64,000 nt of DNA from contig OY764216.1 of NCBI GenBank assembly GCA_963668315.1, forward strand, positions 480,001 through 544,000. Direction: 5' to 3'. The notes beneath the pieces are model-generated. The model ran no database searches. It saw nothing but the letters and a program-made list of their open reading frames with translations, and was not told the origin of the DNA. The stretch is from Spirochaetia bacterium (GTDB taxonomy: Bacteria; Spirochaetota; Spirochaetia; DSM-2461). Numbering within the stretch: the first letter of the stretch is position 1; each line of letters opens with the position of its first letter. The translations under genes were made by a program, and so were the position numbers. Positions 47,115-57,485 of this stretch are shown one piece after another.

Positions 47115-47384
47115 TTGACCCTGGATTCGGAATATTTCGTATTAATTGTTTTTATTGTCAGCACTCTGCTGATCTGGAAACCCCTGAGGAGTTCCGACCT
47201 AAGGGGAAAAACCTGGCTTTTCCTCTCCCTCCTCTCCTATCTTCTGTCAAATATCTTCACCATCGCGGAAGGCTGGATTTTCCCCATAGCCTTCAATAGA
47301 GCCGAACATGCCTTTATCCTCCTAGGTTCACTCTTTATGCTCATGGGCCTCGGGAAATCATTTCCCGGAAGAAGGGAACCGTGA
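47115..47384 (+). CDS. Small 3-TM membrane protein coupled to the hybrid kinase
   Basis: TTG start after AAGGA; stop overlaps the kinase GTG (GTGA). Confidence 0.7.
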   Translation: MTLDSEYFVLIVFIVSTLLIWKPLRSSDLRGKTWLFLSLLSYLLSNIFTIAEGWIFPIAFNRAEHAFILLGSLFMLMGLGKSFPGRREP

Positions 47385-49186
47385 ATGAGATCGCCTTATT
47401 TAATCTGATTTCCCTGGGACTCCTTCTTTTAGCCATGGGCTGGATTGTTCTATACGGCAGAAAGCTCTCCAAGGCTCTATGGATAGAAGTGCCCCTGCTG
47501 CTGGCGCTTTTATCCTATGCCTTCATAAATCTGTCAAATTTTCTGGAACACTGCGACCTAACCGATTTTTTCGATCCCATAGAGGATATCGTGGAAATTC
47601 TCTTCCTTGTCCTCTTCCTCTTTTTTATTCTGGGCTACCGCGCCTATATGCATATTAGAGAGGTAATAGAGCGGGAAGACTGGTTTTATTCCGCGGTTAA
47701 TTCACTCGATAACGGCATCATAGCCACAGATGAGAAAGGGAATATTCACTTTACCAACAGCAAGATGGAGGAGATGACAGGAGTCGGCTGGAAAGAGGCC
47801 CTGGCTAAACCGGTCGGGGATCTCCTCTGTTTCTACGACAAGGAGACGAAAAAATCCCTCGATTTCGATCCCTTTGAGATGGCCCGCCGGCAGGATAAGG
47901 CCGATCCCTACCCTTCGGGAGTCTATCTGAAAAGCCGGAACGGTACTATGTCGCTCGTGCTCTGCCATACTTCGCCGGTAAAGGACAGGGAGGGAAAAAT
48001 CCTTGGCATGATAGGCAGCTTCAATGATGTGAGTTCCTATTACTCCATGATGGAGCAGCTGAATCATCTGCAGAAAATGAAAGCCATAGGCCAGCTGACC
48101 AGCGGGATAGCCCATGACCTGAACAACATGCTGGGTGGTATTTCGGGAGCGGCGGAACTGCTGCAGAGCCAGCTGGAAAACTGCCCGGATAATACATCCG
48201 CCGAGCTTATGGATATCCTGTCCTACTCTGTGGAAAATGCCCGGGAACTGACCGCGAACCTTCTCTCCTTCAGCAGAAAAGAGAGAAGTGTCACCACCAC
48301 CGTTGAGCTGGGCGGGATCCTGCGCAAATCAACGGAAATCGCGAAGCGAACCATCGATAAAATTATCTCCATAAAAATGATCCTGCCCGACGGGGACCTC
48401 TATGTGACCGGAGATCCCGCCCAGCTTCAGAACGCCTTTCTGAATCTTATGCTGAATGCCAGAGATGCCCAGCCCCAGGGCGGGGAGATCGGGATATTGC
48501 TGGAGAAATCCGTTCTGGACGGCGATTACTGCCGCTCATCCGGTTACAGGATAACGCCGGGGAATTACGCCGTTATCAGAATATGCGACAGGGGAAGCGG
48601 AATCAAACCGGAAATAATGGATAGGATCTTTGAGCCCTTTTTCACGACGAAGGAGAAGGGCAAAGGCACCGGTCTGGGGCTGACCGCCGTGAATAACACG
48701 GTGACGAATCACAACGGGGCGATGGAAATCATCAACCGGGAGAAAGGGGGATGCTGTGTCAATCTCTGGTTCCCTCTGGCCGACAGCGGAACTTTTCAGG
48801 ACGATTCAGTAGCCGTTGCGAAAAGGAAAAGCCTGAAAGGGCTCAGCCTGCTGATAATTGACGATGAATCGATTATCAGGACGACAACGGAATTATTGCT
48901 GAAAACCGAGGATATCTCCTGCGAAACGGCCGAATCAGGACAGAGAGGCCTGGAGATTCTTTCCCGGTCACCCGAACTGTTTGATGCCGTTATTGTGGAT
49001 CTTATAATGCCCCGGATGGGCGGACAGGAGACGGCGGAGAAGATTCATGAATTGTATCCGAACCTTTCCGTCTACTGGATGTCCGGCTACAGCCGGAACG
49101 AGGAAATCCCCTCCTACCTTAAAGGGTTCATCAGGAAACCGTTTAAGAAAGAGGAGATACTGCAGCTGCTTGCCGATACTCTGTAA
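47381..49186 (+). CDS. Hybrid sensor histidine kinase (3 TM, PAS, HisKA, HATPase, REC)
   Basis: GIAHDLNN, NLMLNARDA, FEPFFTTK.KGKGTGLGL, IIDDE, DLIMP, KPF. Confidence 0.93.
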   Translation: MNEIALFNLISLGLLLLAMGWIVLYGRKLSKALWIEVPLLLALLSYAFINLSNFLEHCDLTDFFDPIEDIVEILFLVLFLFFILGYRAYMHIREVIEREDWFYSAVNSLDNGIIATDEKGNIHFTNSKMEEMTGVGWKEALAKPVGDLLCFYDKETKKSLDFDPFEMARRQDKADPYPSGVYLKSRNGTMSLVLCHTSPVKDREGKILGMIGSFNDVSSYYSMMEQLNHLQKMKAIGQLTSGIAHDLNNMLGGISGAAELLQSQLENCPDNTSAELMDILSYSVENARELTANLLSFSRKERSVTTTVELGGILRKSTEIAKRTIDKIISIKMILPDGDLYVTGDPAQLQNAFLNLMLNARDAQPQGGEIGILLEKSVLDGDYCRSSGYRITPGNYAVIRICDRGSGIKPEIMDRIFEPFFTTKEKGKGTGLGLTAVNNTVTNHNGAMEIINREKGGCCVNLWFPLADSGTFQDDSVAVAKRKSLKGLSLLIIDDESIIRTTTELLLKTEDISCETAESGQRGLEILSRSPELFDAVIVDLIMPRMGGQETAEKIHELYPNLSVYWMSGYSRNEEIPSYLKGFIRKPFKKEEILQLLADTL

Positions 49187-49189
49187 ATC

Positions 49190-50068
49190 CTATTCCCGGA
49201 AAAGCTTCCTGTACTCCCCGGGCGTATAATTGGTCAGTTTCTTCATTACCGTACTGAAATAGTTGCTCGAGGAGAAACCGGCATCCAGGGCAATCTGGGT
49301 GACCGGCATATCGGTTGTCTTCAATAGCTTCTTGGCATATTCCAGCTTTTTGAAAGTTATGTAATTGGCCGGGGTTATCCCGACCTCTTCTTTGAACTTG
49401 CTCTTGAAGCGGGAAAGGGAATAGCCCGATATAACCGCCAGCTCCTGAAGGCGGATGATCTCCCGGTACTCCTTCTCTATGAGCTCAAGCACTCTCTTGA
49501 TATTTTTATCATGGCTGATTTTTCTGGCCGGACTTACGGGAATATACTCGGGGATTTTAAAAAGGAAGCAGCTTAAATACTGAACCCCCAGCATCAGGGC
49601 GTCGGGATTTCCATCGCTGATATTCTCAAACGCCTGCCGCAGAAGCTGATGATCGGCCGGATCAAAACGAAGATGCCTGTAATCCCGGCAGGTGATGATT
49701 TTCTCCAGCGCCCTGCTGTATTCTTCGTTCAATCCCAGCAGAGTCGACCCTTTCGTCAGGTCCAGCTGAAAACCGTAAAAAGAGCAGGGGCTCTGGTGAA
49801 AACTGCCGTTGCTGTGCTCTTCGTTGGGGAAGATGATGAAGAGTTCATTCCCCGTTATGGTATACTCTTTTTCATTGAGCCGGCTTATTCTTTTTCCTTT
49901 TATCAGACAGTGTATCTCAACGATGTCACGATGGTGATGCAGGGGGGTCGGAGGAAAGGCGGAAGAGATGTTCCAGTAAGCGAAGTTCTTTAGCCCTATG
50001 ATTTTATGCTGCTCCTGAGTTATGACTTTTTTATTTTCTTCCCAGCAGAATGAATCAAATATTTCCAA
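49190..50068 (-). CDS. AraC family regulator, divergent from the sugar-acid TRAP operon
   Basis: Cupin HHH..IVEIH; C-terminal FKEEVGITP, AGFSSSNYFS. Confidence 0.9.
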   Translation of the reverse strand: MEIFDSFCWEENKKVITQEQHKIIGLKNFAYWNISSAFPPTPLHHHRDIVEIHCLIKGKRISRLNEKEYTITGNELFIIFPNEEHSNGSFHQSPCSFYGFQLDLTKGSTLLGLNEEYSRALEKIITCRDYRHLRFDPADHQLLRQAFENISDGNPDALMLGVQYLSCFLFKIPEYIPVSPARKISHDKNIKRVLELIEKEYREIIRLQELAVISGYSLSRFKSKFKEEVGITPANYITFKKLEYAKKLLKTTDMPVTQIALDAGFSSSNYFSTVMKKLTNYTPGEYRKLFRE

Positions 50069-50203
50069 CAGAAAAACCTCAAAATGTATAAAATCGTACT
50101 AAATATTTTATCGAATGTGTGATCCGACAAGTGCCATTATAGTACATCTATCACGAATAGGAAATCGTAATTTTTATTTGACAGCAGAAAGAGGTTGAGA
50201 CCA

Positions 50204-51121
50204 ATGGAAACAACAATCGATAACGGTGTATGGCCGGTTATGATCACGCCTTATACGGCGGATAACAAGATTGACTACGACGGTGTTTCGGAAATACTGG
50301 AATGGTATGCAAAACAGAAAGTGACCGGGATCTTCGCCGTTTGCCAGTCAAGCGAGATGTTTTTTCTCTCCCGGGAGGAACGGCTGGAACTGGCGAAGTT
50401 CGTTATCGACAACAAGGGCAAAGACCAGGGCGTCATCGTCTCCGGCCACGTCGCCGAGAAGCCGGAAGATCAGATCGCCGAGGCCCGGGAAATCATCGAA
50501 TACGGTGTTGATTCCTATGTGTTCATCTCCAATCAGTTTGCCAGGGAAGGTGAGGGAGAAGACGTGGTCAAGAAGAACATTGAAAATCTTCTCAGCCATC
50601 TACCTAAGGGAAACTTCGGAATCTATGAATGCCCCTACCCCTACAAACGTCTCATCTCGCCGGAATTGCTCAAATGGTGCGCCGATACGGGCAAGTTCAC
50701 CTTCCTCAAGGATACCTGCTGCAATATCAATGAAATCAAGGCGAAGCTGAAGGCGGTGGAAGGAAGCAACCTGAAGCTGTACAATGCCAACGCGGCCACT
50801 CTCCTTGAGAGCCTGAAAGCCGGGGCTGCCGGTTATTCCGGCGTTATGGCCAACTTCCATGGCGATGTTTACGAATGGCTGTGCCGGAACTACGCCAAAG
50901 AGCCGGAAAAAGCCGAAATCGTCCAGAATTTTCTGGGTCTGGCCAGTGTCATAGAGTGCCAGCTCTACCCGACCAATGCCAAATTCCACATGCAGCTCGA
51001 GGGACTGAATGTCAATCTCTTCAGCCGTGTTCAGGACTTTACCGGGCTCACATCCAGCCGTCAAATGGAAGTGGTCCAGCTCAGACAGGCTGTGGATTAC
51101 ATCAGGAAGAATATTTTATAG
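50204..51121 (+). CDS. DHDPS/N-acetylneuraminate lyase family aldolase
   Basis: GVWPVMITPY, IDY, CQSSE, YECPYP, FLKDT (Schiff-base Lys). Confidence 0.85.
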   Translation: METTIDNGVWPVMITPYTADNKIDYDGVSEILEWYAKQKVTGIFAVCQSSEMFFLSREERLELAKFVIDNKGKDQGVIVSGHVAEKPEDQIAEAREIIEYGVDSYVFISNQFAREGEGEDVVKKNIENLLSHLPKGNFGIYECPYPYKRLISPELLKWCADTGKFTFLKDTCCNINEIKAKLKAVEGSNLKLYNANAATLLESLKAGAAGYSGVMANFHGDVYEWLCRNYAKEPEKAEIVQNFLGLASVIECQLYPTNAKFHMQLEGLNVNLFSRVQDFTGLTSSRQMEVVQLRQAVDYIRKNIL

Positions 51122-51169
51122 GTAATTACCCGCCAAGGGATGATTATAAAGAAAATCGGAGGTTTTAAA

Positions 51170-52180
51170 ATGAAAAAGCTATCATTATTCACACTGGCTC
51201 TTGCCGTTCTCGTCTCTTTCTCTACATGGGCAAACGGCAAATCGGACGACTCATCCAAACCGGTTGAGCTTATTTTCACCTCGGTATCCGTTTCGGGAGA
51301 CTCCCATACGGAAGCCATGTATGTTTTTGCCGACAAGGTAAAGGAACTGACCGGCGGCTCCGTGGAAGTCAAGGTTTACGACAACGGAACCCTATTCACG
51401 GCAGAGAACGAGTTTGACGCGCTGATCAGCGGAGAGACCGATATGGCTTATATCTCCTTTCCCCAGATCGCCACTCAGATTCCCTCTTTCAGCATGTTCG
51501 GTTCGGGCTACTTCTTCAGCTCCTACGACCATATGACATCCGTTCTCAACGGGGAAATCGCCGAGAAGAATATCTGGCCCCAGGTTCGGGAAACCCTGAA
51601 TGTGGAGCCCCTGGGAAGTCTTTACCTCGGAAGCCGGGTCGTCAATACGAGAAACCGGGAAGTCAACAGCTATGCCGACATGAACGGCCTTCTGATGCGT
51701 ATGCCCAATTCCGAAGCCTGGCTCTTCCTCGGAGAGGCTCTGGGCGCCAACCCCACGCCCCTCTCTTTCAGCGAGCTGTATACGGCTCTTCAGACCGGTG
51801 CCGTTGACGGACAGGATAACCCCCTTCCCACCATCGAGAGCGCCAAGTTCTACGAAGTCACCAAATACATCGCCATTACCAACCATGTCATCGACTCCAT
51901 CATGCCCTGCGTGAACAAAGCCAAATGGGATTCCATGACTCCCGACCAGCAGAAAGCCGTCAGGGAAGCCATGAAGTTCGCCATCGACTATAACGATAAG
52001 ACCAGAATCGAAAACGAAGCCAGCAAGGTTGCCTTTTTCGAAGGACAGGGCCTTACCGTTACCTATCCCGATATCGCCGATTTCAGAAGTCATGTTCAGG
52101 CCGCCTACGAAGCCAACACGGCTATGACATCAACCTGGGACATGGATCTGTACAAGAAAGTACAGGACATGGCGAAATAA
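51170..52180 (+). CDS. dctP: TRAP substrate-binding protein (carboxylate type)
   Basis: GLLMRMP with the conserved Arg; LGANPTP..FSELYTALQTGAVDGQDNP. Confidence 0.9.
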   Translation: MKKLSLFTLALAVLVSFSTWANGKSDDSSKPVELIFTSVSVSGDSHTEAMYVFADKVKELTGGSVEVKVYDNGTLFTAENEFDALISGETDMAYISFPQIATQIPSFSMFGSGYFFSSYDHMTSVLNGEIAEKNIWPQVRETLNVEPLGSLYLGSRVVNTRNREVNSYADMNGLLMRMPNSEAWLFLGEALGANPTPLSFSELYTALQTGAVDGQDNPLPTIESAKFYEVTKYIAITNHVIDSIMPCVNKAKWDSMTPDQQKAVREAMKFAIDYNDKTRIENEASKVAFFEGQGLTVTYPDIADFRSHVQAAYEANTAMTSTWDMDLYKKVQDMAK

Positions 52181-52204
52181 CCATTCTATACTGACAGTCA
52201 ATAG

Positions 52205-52234
52205 CCGCTCCCGAAAATCATTTTTCGGGAGCGG
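52205..52234 (+). terminator. Intra-operon hairpin after dctP
   Basis: CCGCTCCCGAAAA-tcat-TTTTCGGGAGCGG. Confidence 0.7.
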
Positions 52235-52281
52235 TATATCATCCTGTTGCCAAATTATCTAAAAAAAAGGGGGAAATTCTA

Positions 52282-52791
52282 GTGAAACTGGCAAGCAAAA
52301 TCGGGAAGGGCCTGGTCTATGTTCTGGGGACGGTCATTCCGAATATTACCTTTACCGTCATTTTCGTAACTTTCATGATTACGATCATCTCCCGTTACGT
52401 TCTCAAGGCTCCCGTCGCCTGGAGTTATGAAATCAGTATTCTGGCCTATATGTGGACAATGTTTTTCGGCGTGGGTAAAGCCATGACAGCCGATGAGCAT
52501 GTAGTCTTCGGCCTCGTCTACGACAGCATGAAGCCCAGGGTCCAGAAGATTTTCAAGATATCAGCGAATCTTCTTCTCATCATAACCCTGGTGGTTGTGT
52601 TTATTCCGTCCATCCACTCCCTTCTGTCCAAGAGAATGGTGACCGGTGTTCTCAAACTGCCCTTCTCCGTTGTCTTTGCTCCGCTTATCTTTATGTTCGC
52701 CGAAATAATCATCCGGAGCATTATGGATTTAGTGAAAAACATCAAAGAAGTGAAAGAAATCCCCGCTTCCCCTGAAGAGGTCCATTCATGA
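52282..52791 (+). CDS. dctQ: TRAP small permease
   Basis: 4 TM segments; SRYVL..P..WSYEI, EHV. Confidence 0.88.
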   Translation: MKLASKIGKGLVYVLGTVIPNITFTVIFVTFMITIISRYVLKAPVAWSYEISILAYMWTMFFGVGKAMTADEHVVFGLVYDSMKPRVQKIFKISANLLLIITLVVVFIPSIHSLLSKRMVTGVLKLPFSVVFAPLIFMFAEIIIRSIMDLVKNIKEVKEIPASPEEVHS

Positions 52792-54068
52792 ATATAGTAC
52801 TTATCCTTTTTGCCATATTAGCCCTGTGCTTTATCATACGCATGCCCGTCTCCCTCGCCATGCTTACCGCGTCCATCTCATACTTCATGATCAGCGGGCG
52901 GAGCCTGGAACAGGTTTTTAGCGTCATGAGCGGTAATATGTACTCCAACTATACCATGCTCGCCGCCCCCCTTTTCATTTTCATGGCCAATATCATGAAC
53001 GAAGGGGAAGTCACCGATAAGCTATTCAAGTTCTGTAACGGCCTCTTCGGTCGTCTGAGAGGCGGTACGGCCCAGGTGAATGTCGCGGCATCGCTTATCT
53101 TTTCGGGAATGACCGGTTCGGCTATCGCCGATGCGTCGGGTATCGGCCTCATGGAGATTGAGCAGATGAAGAAAGAGGGCTACGACCCCGAATTCAGCTG
53201 CGCCCTGACCGCCGCTTCGGCCACGGTCGGCCCCATCTTTCCGCCCAGCATTCCCATGGTCATCTATGCCATGCTCTCCGGTGCTTCCATCGGCAAGCTG
53301 TTCATGGGCGGTATGATCCCGGGCATTTTCCTCTCCATCCTGCTCATGATCTATGTGGGCTTTATCTCAATGAAACGGAAGTACCCCCGGGGAGAACAGA
53401 TGGCGGTCCGCCAGTTCCTCCGGACAACCGTCTCCGCTTTCCCCGCCCTGTTTACGGTACTCCTTCTACTGGGAGGGATCTACCTGGGTGTGGTTACCCC
53501 CACCGAAGCGGGAGCCCTGGCATCGGCCTACGCCATTCTGATTTCCATCCTCATCTATAAGAACCTCGGCTTTGCCAAATTGTGGAAGATTATCAAGAAA
53601 AGTGCCGCCAATACGGCGACGCTGGCCCTGCTGGCCGGAACGTCCATGCTCTTTTCCTACATTATCTCCCTGGAACAGGTTCCCCGGGCCGTATCCGCCC
53701 TGGTCATGGGAATTACGGAAAACAAATACGTCTTCCTTATGGTGGTCAATATCGTCTTCCTCCTGCTGGGATGCGTTCTGGATGTCAGCACGATCCAGCT
53801 GGTTTTCGTTCCCATGGTCCTTCCTCTGGTAAAGATGTTCGGAATCGATCTGGTCCACTTCGGCGTTATTATCTGCCTGAACATGATGATCGGTCTTTCC
53901 ACTCCCCCCTTCGGTATGCTTCTCTTTATCGTGGCCGGGCTGGGCAAGACGAAAATCAGCGGCGTCATAAGAGAGATCATTCCCATGATTGCCGTTATGA
54001 TCGCCCTTCTGATACTCATAACATACGTTCCCCAGATCGTTCTCTGGATTCCGAACAATTTTATGTAA
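52788..54068 (+). CDS. dctM: TRAP large permease
   Basis: FSGMTGSAIADA, GPIFPPSIP, TPTEAG, TPPFG. Confidence 0.92.
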   Translation: MNIVLILFAILALCFIIRMPVSLAMLTASISYFMISGRSLEQVFSVMSGNMYSNYTMLAAPLFIFMANIMNEGEVTDKLFKFCNGLFGRLRGGTAQVNVAASLIFSGMTGSAIADASGIGLMEIEQMKKEGYDPEFSCALTAASATVGPIFPPSIPMVIYAMLSGASIGKLFMGGMIPGIFLSILLMIYVGFISMKRKYPRGEQMAVRQFLRTTVSAFPALFTVLLLLGGIYLGVVTPTEAGALASAYAILISILIYKNLGFAKLWKIIKKSAANTATLALLAGTSMLFSYIISLEQVPRAVSALVMGITENKYVFLMVVNIVFLLLGCVLDVSTIQLVFVPMVLPLVKMFGIDLVHFGVIICLNMMIGLSTPPFGMLLFIVAGLGKTKISGVIREIIPMIAVMIALLILITYVPQIVLWIPNNFM

Positions 54069-54081
54069 AAGGCATCGGGCA

Positions 54082-57000
54082 GTGAAGAAAAAGCCGGTCA
54101 GCCGCCTCTCCGGGAAAAATCCCGGAAACTTCTACCGTTCCGCCCCTTTCTGGGCATGGAATGAAAAACTGGATCCCGAAGAGCTGAAACGTCAGGTCCG
54201 GGAGATGAATGAGCAGGGCATGGGCGGATTCATTATCCACTCCCGGGAAGGTCTGGAAACGGAATATCTTTCTGACGAATGGATGGACTGCGTCGCCGAA
54301 ACCCTGGAGGAGGCGGACCGGCAGGAGATGGAAGCCTGGATCTACGACGAAGACAAATGGCCTTCGGGCAGCGCGGGAGGCCTGGTCAGCACGAAAGGGT
54401 CGGGCGAATTCACCGCCCGGGCCGTCACGGCGGAGCTTCTGTCCCGTGATGAGTTCGAGAGCCGGGACGCCGATCCCGGAAGGGTTCTGGGGATTTTTAT
54501 CCTGAGCCTTGCGCCGGGAGATCCCGGCCGGCTGGAAAGCTTCACCCCCTGGAACCCCGGGATTTCATCCCCTTCAGGCGATCATGTCCTTATCTGCCGG
54601 GAAGAGATATCCGGCCCCAGCGAATGGTACAACAATCTCGCCCCGCCGGATAATCTGAATCCCCGGAGCATTCAATGCTTTCTGGATATGACCCACGAAA
54701 AGTACAGGGAGCGGTTCTCCGAACATTTCGGCCGCACGGTGAGGGGATTTTTCACCGACGAGCCCAATTTCTGCGACTTCTTTTCCCACTTTACCCCGGG
54801 ACGCCCCTGGCTGCCCTGGTCGTCGGTTTATGGCGAAACCTTTCTGGAAAAGCGGGGCTACTCTCCCGCGGAGATTCTGCCGCTTCTCTTCTTCAAGGGG
54901 AAAGGGGCGGAGAAAGCGCGCTATGACTACTGGCTGACCCTGACCGAGCTCTTCCAGTCGTCCTATATGAAGCAGATCTACCAGTGGTGCGACCGGAACG
55001 GCCTGGAACTGACCGGACACGTTCTTTATGAAAACGACCTGGGATATTCGGTTCGCGTGTCAGGAGCGGCCATGCCCCATTACCGGTACATGCACGCTCC
55101 GGGCATCGATATACTGGGGGACTGCCGGCAGGAATATCTTACGGTCAAGCAGTGTACCAGCGTAGCCAACCAGTTCGGAAGGAAGACCGTCTTCACCGAA
55201 ACATACGGCACGACCGGCTGGGAATTCGATTTCGCCGGACAGAAAAGAATCGGCGACTGGCAGTTCGTCATGGGAGTGAACAAACGATGCCAGCACCTGG
55301 CCCTCTACTCTCTTTCGGGCTGCCGGAAGAGGGATTATCCCCCTTCATTCAACTACCATAACAACTGGTGGCCCCACGACCACATACTCGAGGATTACTT
55401 CGCCCGCCTCTCATCCTGCGTGACCAGGGGCGACGTGGAAAGGGGTATCCTCCTCATCCACCCCATGGGCTCCTACTGGATGAAATCCGGTTCCGCCATG
55501 GATGAGGACCTGAATAACTGCCAGATGAACATGGGCTGGATGGACAGACATATCCTTGATCTGAACCGGGAAGGAGATATTCTGAACCGCCTGGCCCGGG
55601 ATCTTCTCATGTCCCGGTTCGATTTTGATTTCGGCGATGAAATGATCATGGGGGAGGAAGGCCGGATTACAGACGGAGGAGTGGCCATAGGCCTCAGGAC
55701 CTATCACACGGTTATTGTCCCCCGGGTAGAAACGCTCATGGCCTCCACCCTTTCTCTTCTCGAGGAGTTCGCCGCTGCCGGGGGAACCCTTTACTGGGTA
55801 GAGCCTTTTCCCGTGAAAATAGACGCGGTCGACTCCCCCCTGCCGGAAATTCTTCTGAATAAGGCTCTGACGGTCCGGGATTACGGCCATCTGATTTCAG
55901 AACTGGAATCCCGGGAAAGGAAACCCCTACGAATCTGCGATAATATAGGCAGGGAGCAGGACGGGTTCCTCTCCATGGTGCGCAAAGACGGGAGCCAGTG
56001 GATCTATACCATTGTCAACACGGAAAAGACGGGCAGGAGAGACGTTCTGCTCCATTTTGCCGAAAAGGGAGAGCTCATAGGCTATGATCTCCTTTCGGGA
56101 GAGAAACAGAATATCCCTGTCTGCCTTGCCGATGACCGGTCGGCCATGACAATCCAGACGACATTCGGCGGGGAGGAGACCAAAGTATTTCTTGTAGACG
56201 GAGATATCTTACCGGAAAGGGCGCAGCTCTCCTTCCCCTACCGCCATCCCCACTATGTCACGTCGCTGGTCCAGCCGTTCCCTTCCCGTACGGAATACAC
56301 CCTCTCCCGGGAAAACACCCTCACTCTGGACCGCTGTCAATTCAGAACCGGGGAGAATCCCTGGGGTGAGGAAACCCTCGTCTGGCAGGGACAGAAGGAG
56401 ATCCGCCGTCAGCTGGGGATGAGGCCGGTCTATTACAATGGCGCCCCGCAGCGTTACAGCTGGCTGAATCAGCCTGAGGCGGGACCTTCCCTCCCCCTTT
56501 CACAGAGATTCACCTTTACCGTCGATACCGTTCCGGAAGGACCGGTTTATGCGGCGGTGGAAAAATCTTCCGCCTTTATCCTGAAATGCAACGGCCGTCT
56601 CTGTGAGAAAACCGATGAAACCTTTCTGGACAGAGCGATATTGAAGCATCTCCTACACGGACTGATTCCCGGGGAGAACGTTATTGAGATTGAAATGCTT
56701 TACCATGAGGGCATCGAACTGGAAGATATCTATCTTACCGGTGATTTCTCAGTCGGTACGGATCGTCGGATGGGACGCCTGCCGGACACATTGAGGCTCG
56801 GAGACTGGACCGGCCAGGGGCTTTTTCACTATGGGGGGAATGTTACCTACCGCTTCATTCTGCCCTCTTTGGGGAGTGTCCCGCCGGGGAAAAAACTGCT
56901 TCTCCATATAGGCCGATTTTCCGGCACCCTGGCCCTTGTCGCCGTCAATGGCGAGCATCCTGTTCCTCTCTTGCAAGGCGATGAGGACCTGGACGTAACC

Positions 57001-57216
57001 GATTGCCTGCGGAGGGACGGAGAGAATATCATTGCCATAGAGATCGTCGGCAACCTGCGTAATATAATGGGTCCCTTCCATAAGGGCTTCACCACCTGCA
57101 GCCGCATCAGCTGGGAGGATTTCCGCACGGAAACACCTCTCTATACCGATGAATACAGGGTCCATCCCTTCGGTCTTTTCGACGCACCGGCGATAATTGA
57201 ACCGGCCATAATCTAG
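54082..57216 (+). CDS. Large cytoplasmic glycoside hydrolase (GH106 alpha-L-rhamnosidase-like / GH2-type sugar-binding)
   Basis: PFWAWN, GMGGFIIHSREGL, WIYDEDKWPSG, GFFTDEP, RKRDYPPS; no signal peptide. Confidence 0.75.
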   Translation: MKKKPVSRLSGKNPGNFYRSAPFWAWNEKLDPEELKRQVREMNEQGMGGFIIHSREGLETEYLSDEWMDCVAETLEEADRQEMEAWIYDEDKWPSGSAGGLVSTKGSGEFTARAVTAELLSRDEFESRDADPGRVLGIFILSLAPGDPGRLESFTPWNPGISSPSGDHVLICREEISGPSEWYNNLAPPDNLNPRSIQCFLDMTHEKYRERFSEHFGRTVRGFFTDEPNFCDFFSHFTPGRPWLPWSSVYGETFLEKRGYSPAEILPLLFFKGKGAEKARYDYWLTLTELFQSSYMKQIYQWCDRNGLELTGHVLYENDLGYSVRVSGAAMPHYRYMHAPGIDILGDCRQEYLTVKQCTSVANQFGRKTVFTETYGTTGWEFDFAGQKRIGDWQFVMGVNKRCQHLALYSLSGCRKRDYPPSFNYHNNWWPHDHILEDYFARLSSCVTRGDVERGILLIHPMGSYWMKSGSAMDEDLNNCQMNMGWMDRHILDLNREGDILNRLARDLLMSRFDFDFGDEMIMGEEGRITDGGVAIGLRTYHTVIVPRVETLMASTLSLLEEFAAAGGTLYWVEPFPVKIDAVDSPLPEILLNKALTVRDYGHLISELESRERKPLRICDNIGREQDGFLSMVRKDGSQWIYTIVNTEKTGRRDVLLHFAEKGELIGYDLLSGEKQNIPVCLADDRSAMTIQTTFGGEETKVFLVDGDILPERAQLSFPYRHPHYVTSLVQPFPSRTEYTLSRENTLTLDRCQFRTGENPWGEETLVWQGQKEIRRQLGMRPVYYNGAPQRYSWLNQPEAGPSLPLSQRFTFTVDTVPEGPVYAAVEKSSAFILKCNGRLCEKTDETFLDRAILKHLLHGLIPGENVIEIEMLYHEGIELEDIYLTGDFSVGTDRRMGRLPDTLRLGDWTGQGLFHYGGNVTYRFILPSLGSVPPGKKLLLHIGRFSGTLALVAVNGEHPVPLLQGDEDLDVTDCLRRDGENIIAIEIVGNLRNIMGPFHKGFTTCSRISWEDFRTETPLYTDEYRVHPFGLFDAPAIIEPAII

Positions 57217-57429
57217 AAGATTCGGGTCAGGATGTTTATTCCTTTTCTGTAAAAAACATACTCTTTACCTACGGTTGTGTATTTCTTCTCCTTCCCCGCT
57301 CTCTTCGCGATATTCGTAAGGCAAAGGGGCGAGGAGGAGGCTGAATGGCCGTAAACCACGGCTTGCCAAGAAAATGAGCCGCGACTCACCTTCGTAAAAA
57401 CCATAATTCCTAGTATATCAATATGAAAT

Positions 57430-57444
57430 TGGCACATTACCTGC
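57430..57444 (+). promoter_or_regulatory. Sigma54 (-24/-12) promoter of the ethanolamine TRAP-eutBC operon
   Basis: TGGCAC-ATTAC-CTGC with canonical GG-N10-GC spacing, about 40 nt before ATG 57486. Confidence 0.65.
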
Positions 57445-57485
57445 GTAATAGGAAGTCAAGATTTCTGATAATAGGAGAGAATATC

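Noticed and set aside
57217..57485. Cobalamin riboswitch or ANTAR dual hairpin ahead of eutBC
   Set aside because: No B12-box core recognised; GGCAAAGGGGCG only partly matches the ANTAR motif, has no second copy, and lies upstream of the predicted promoter
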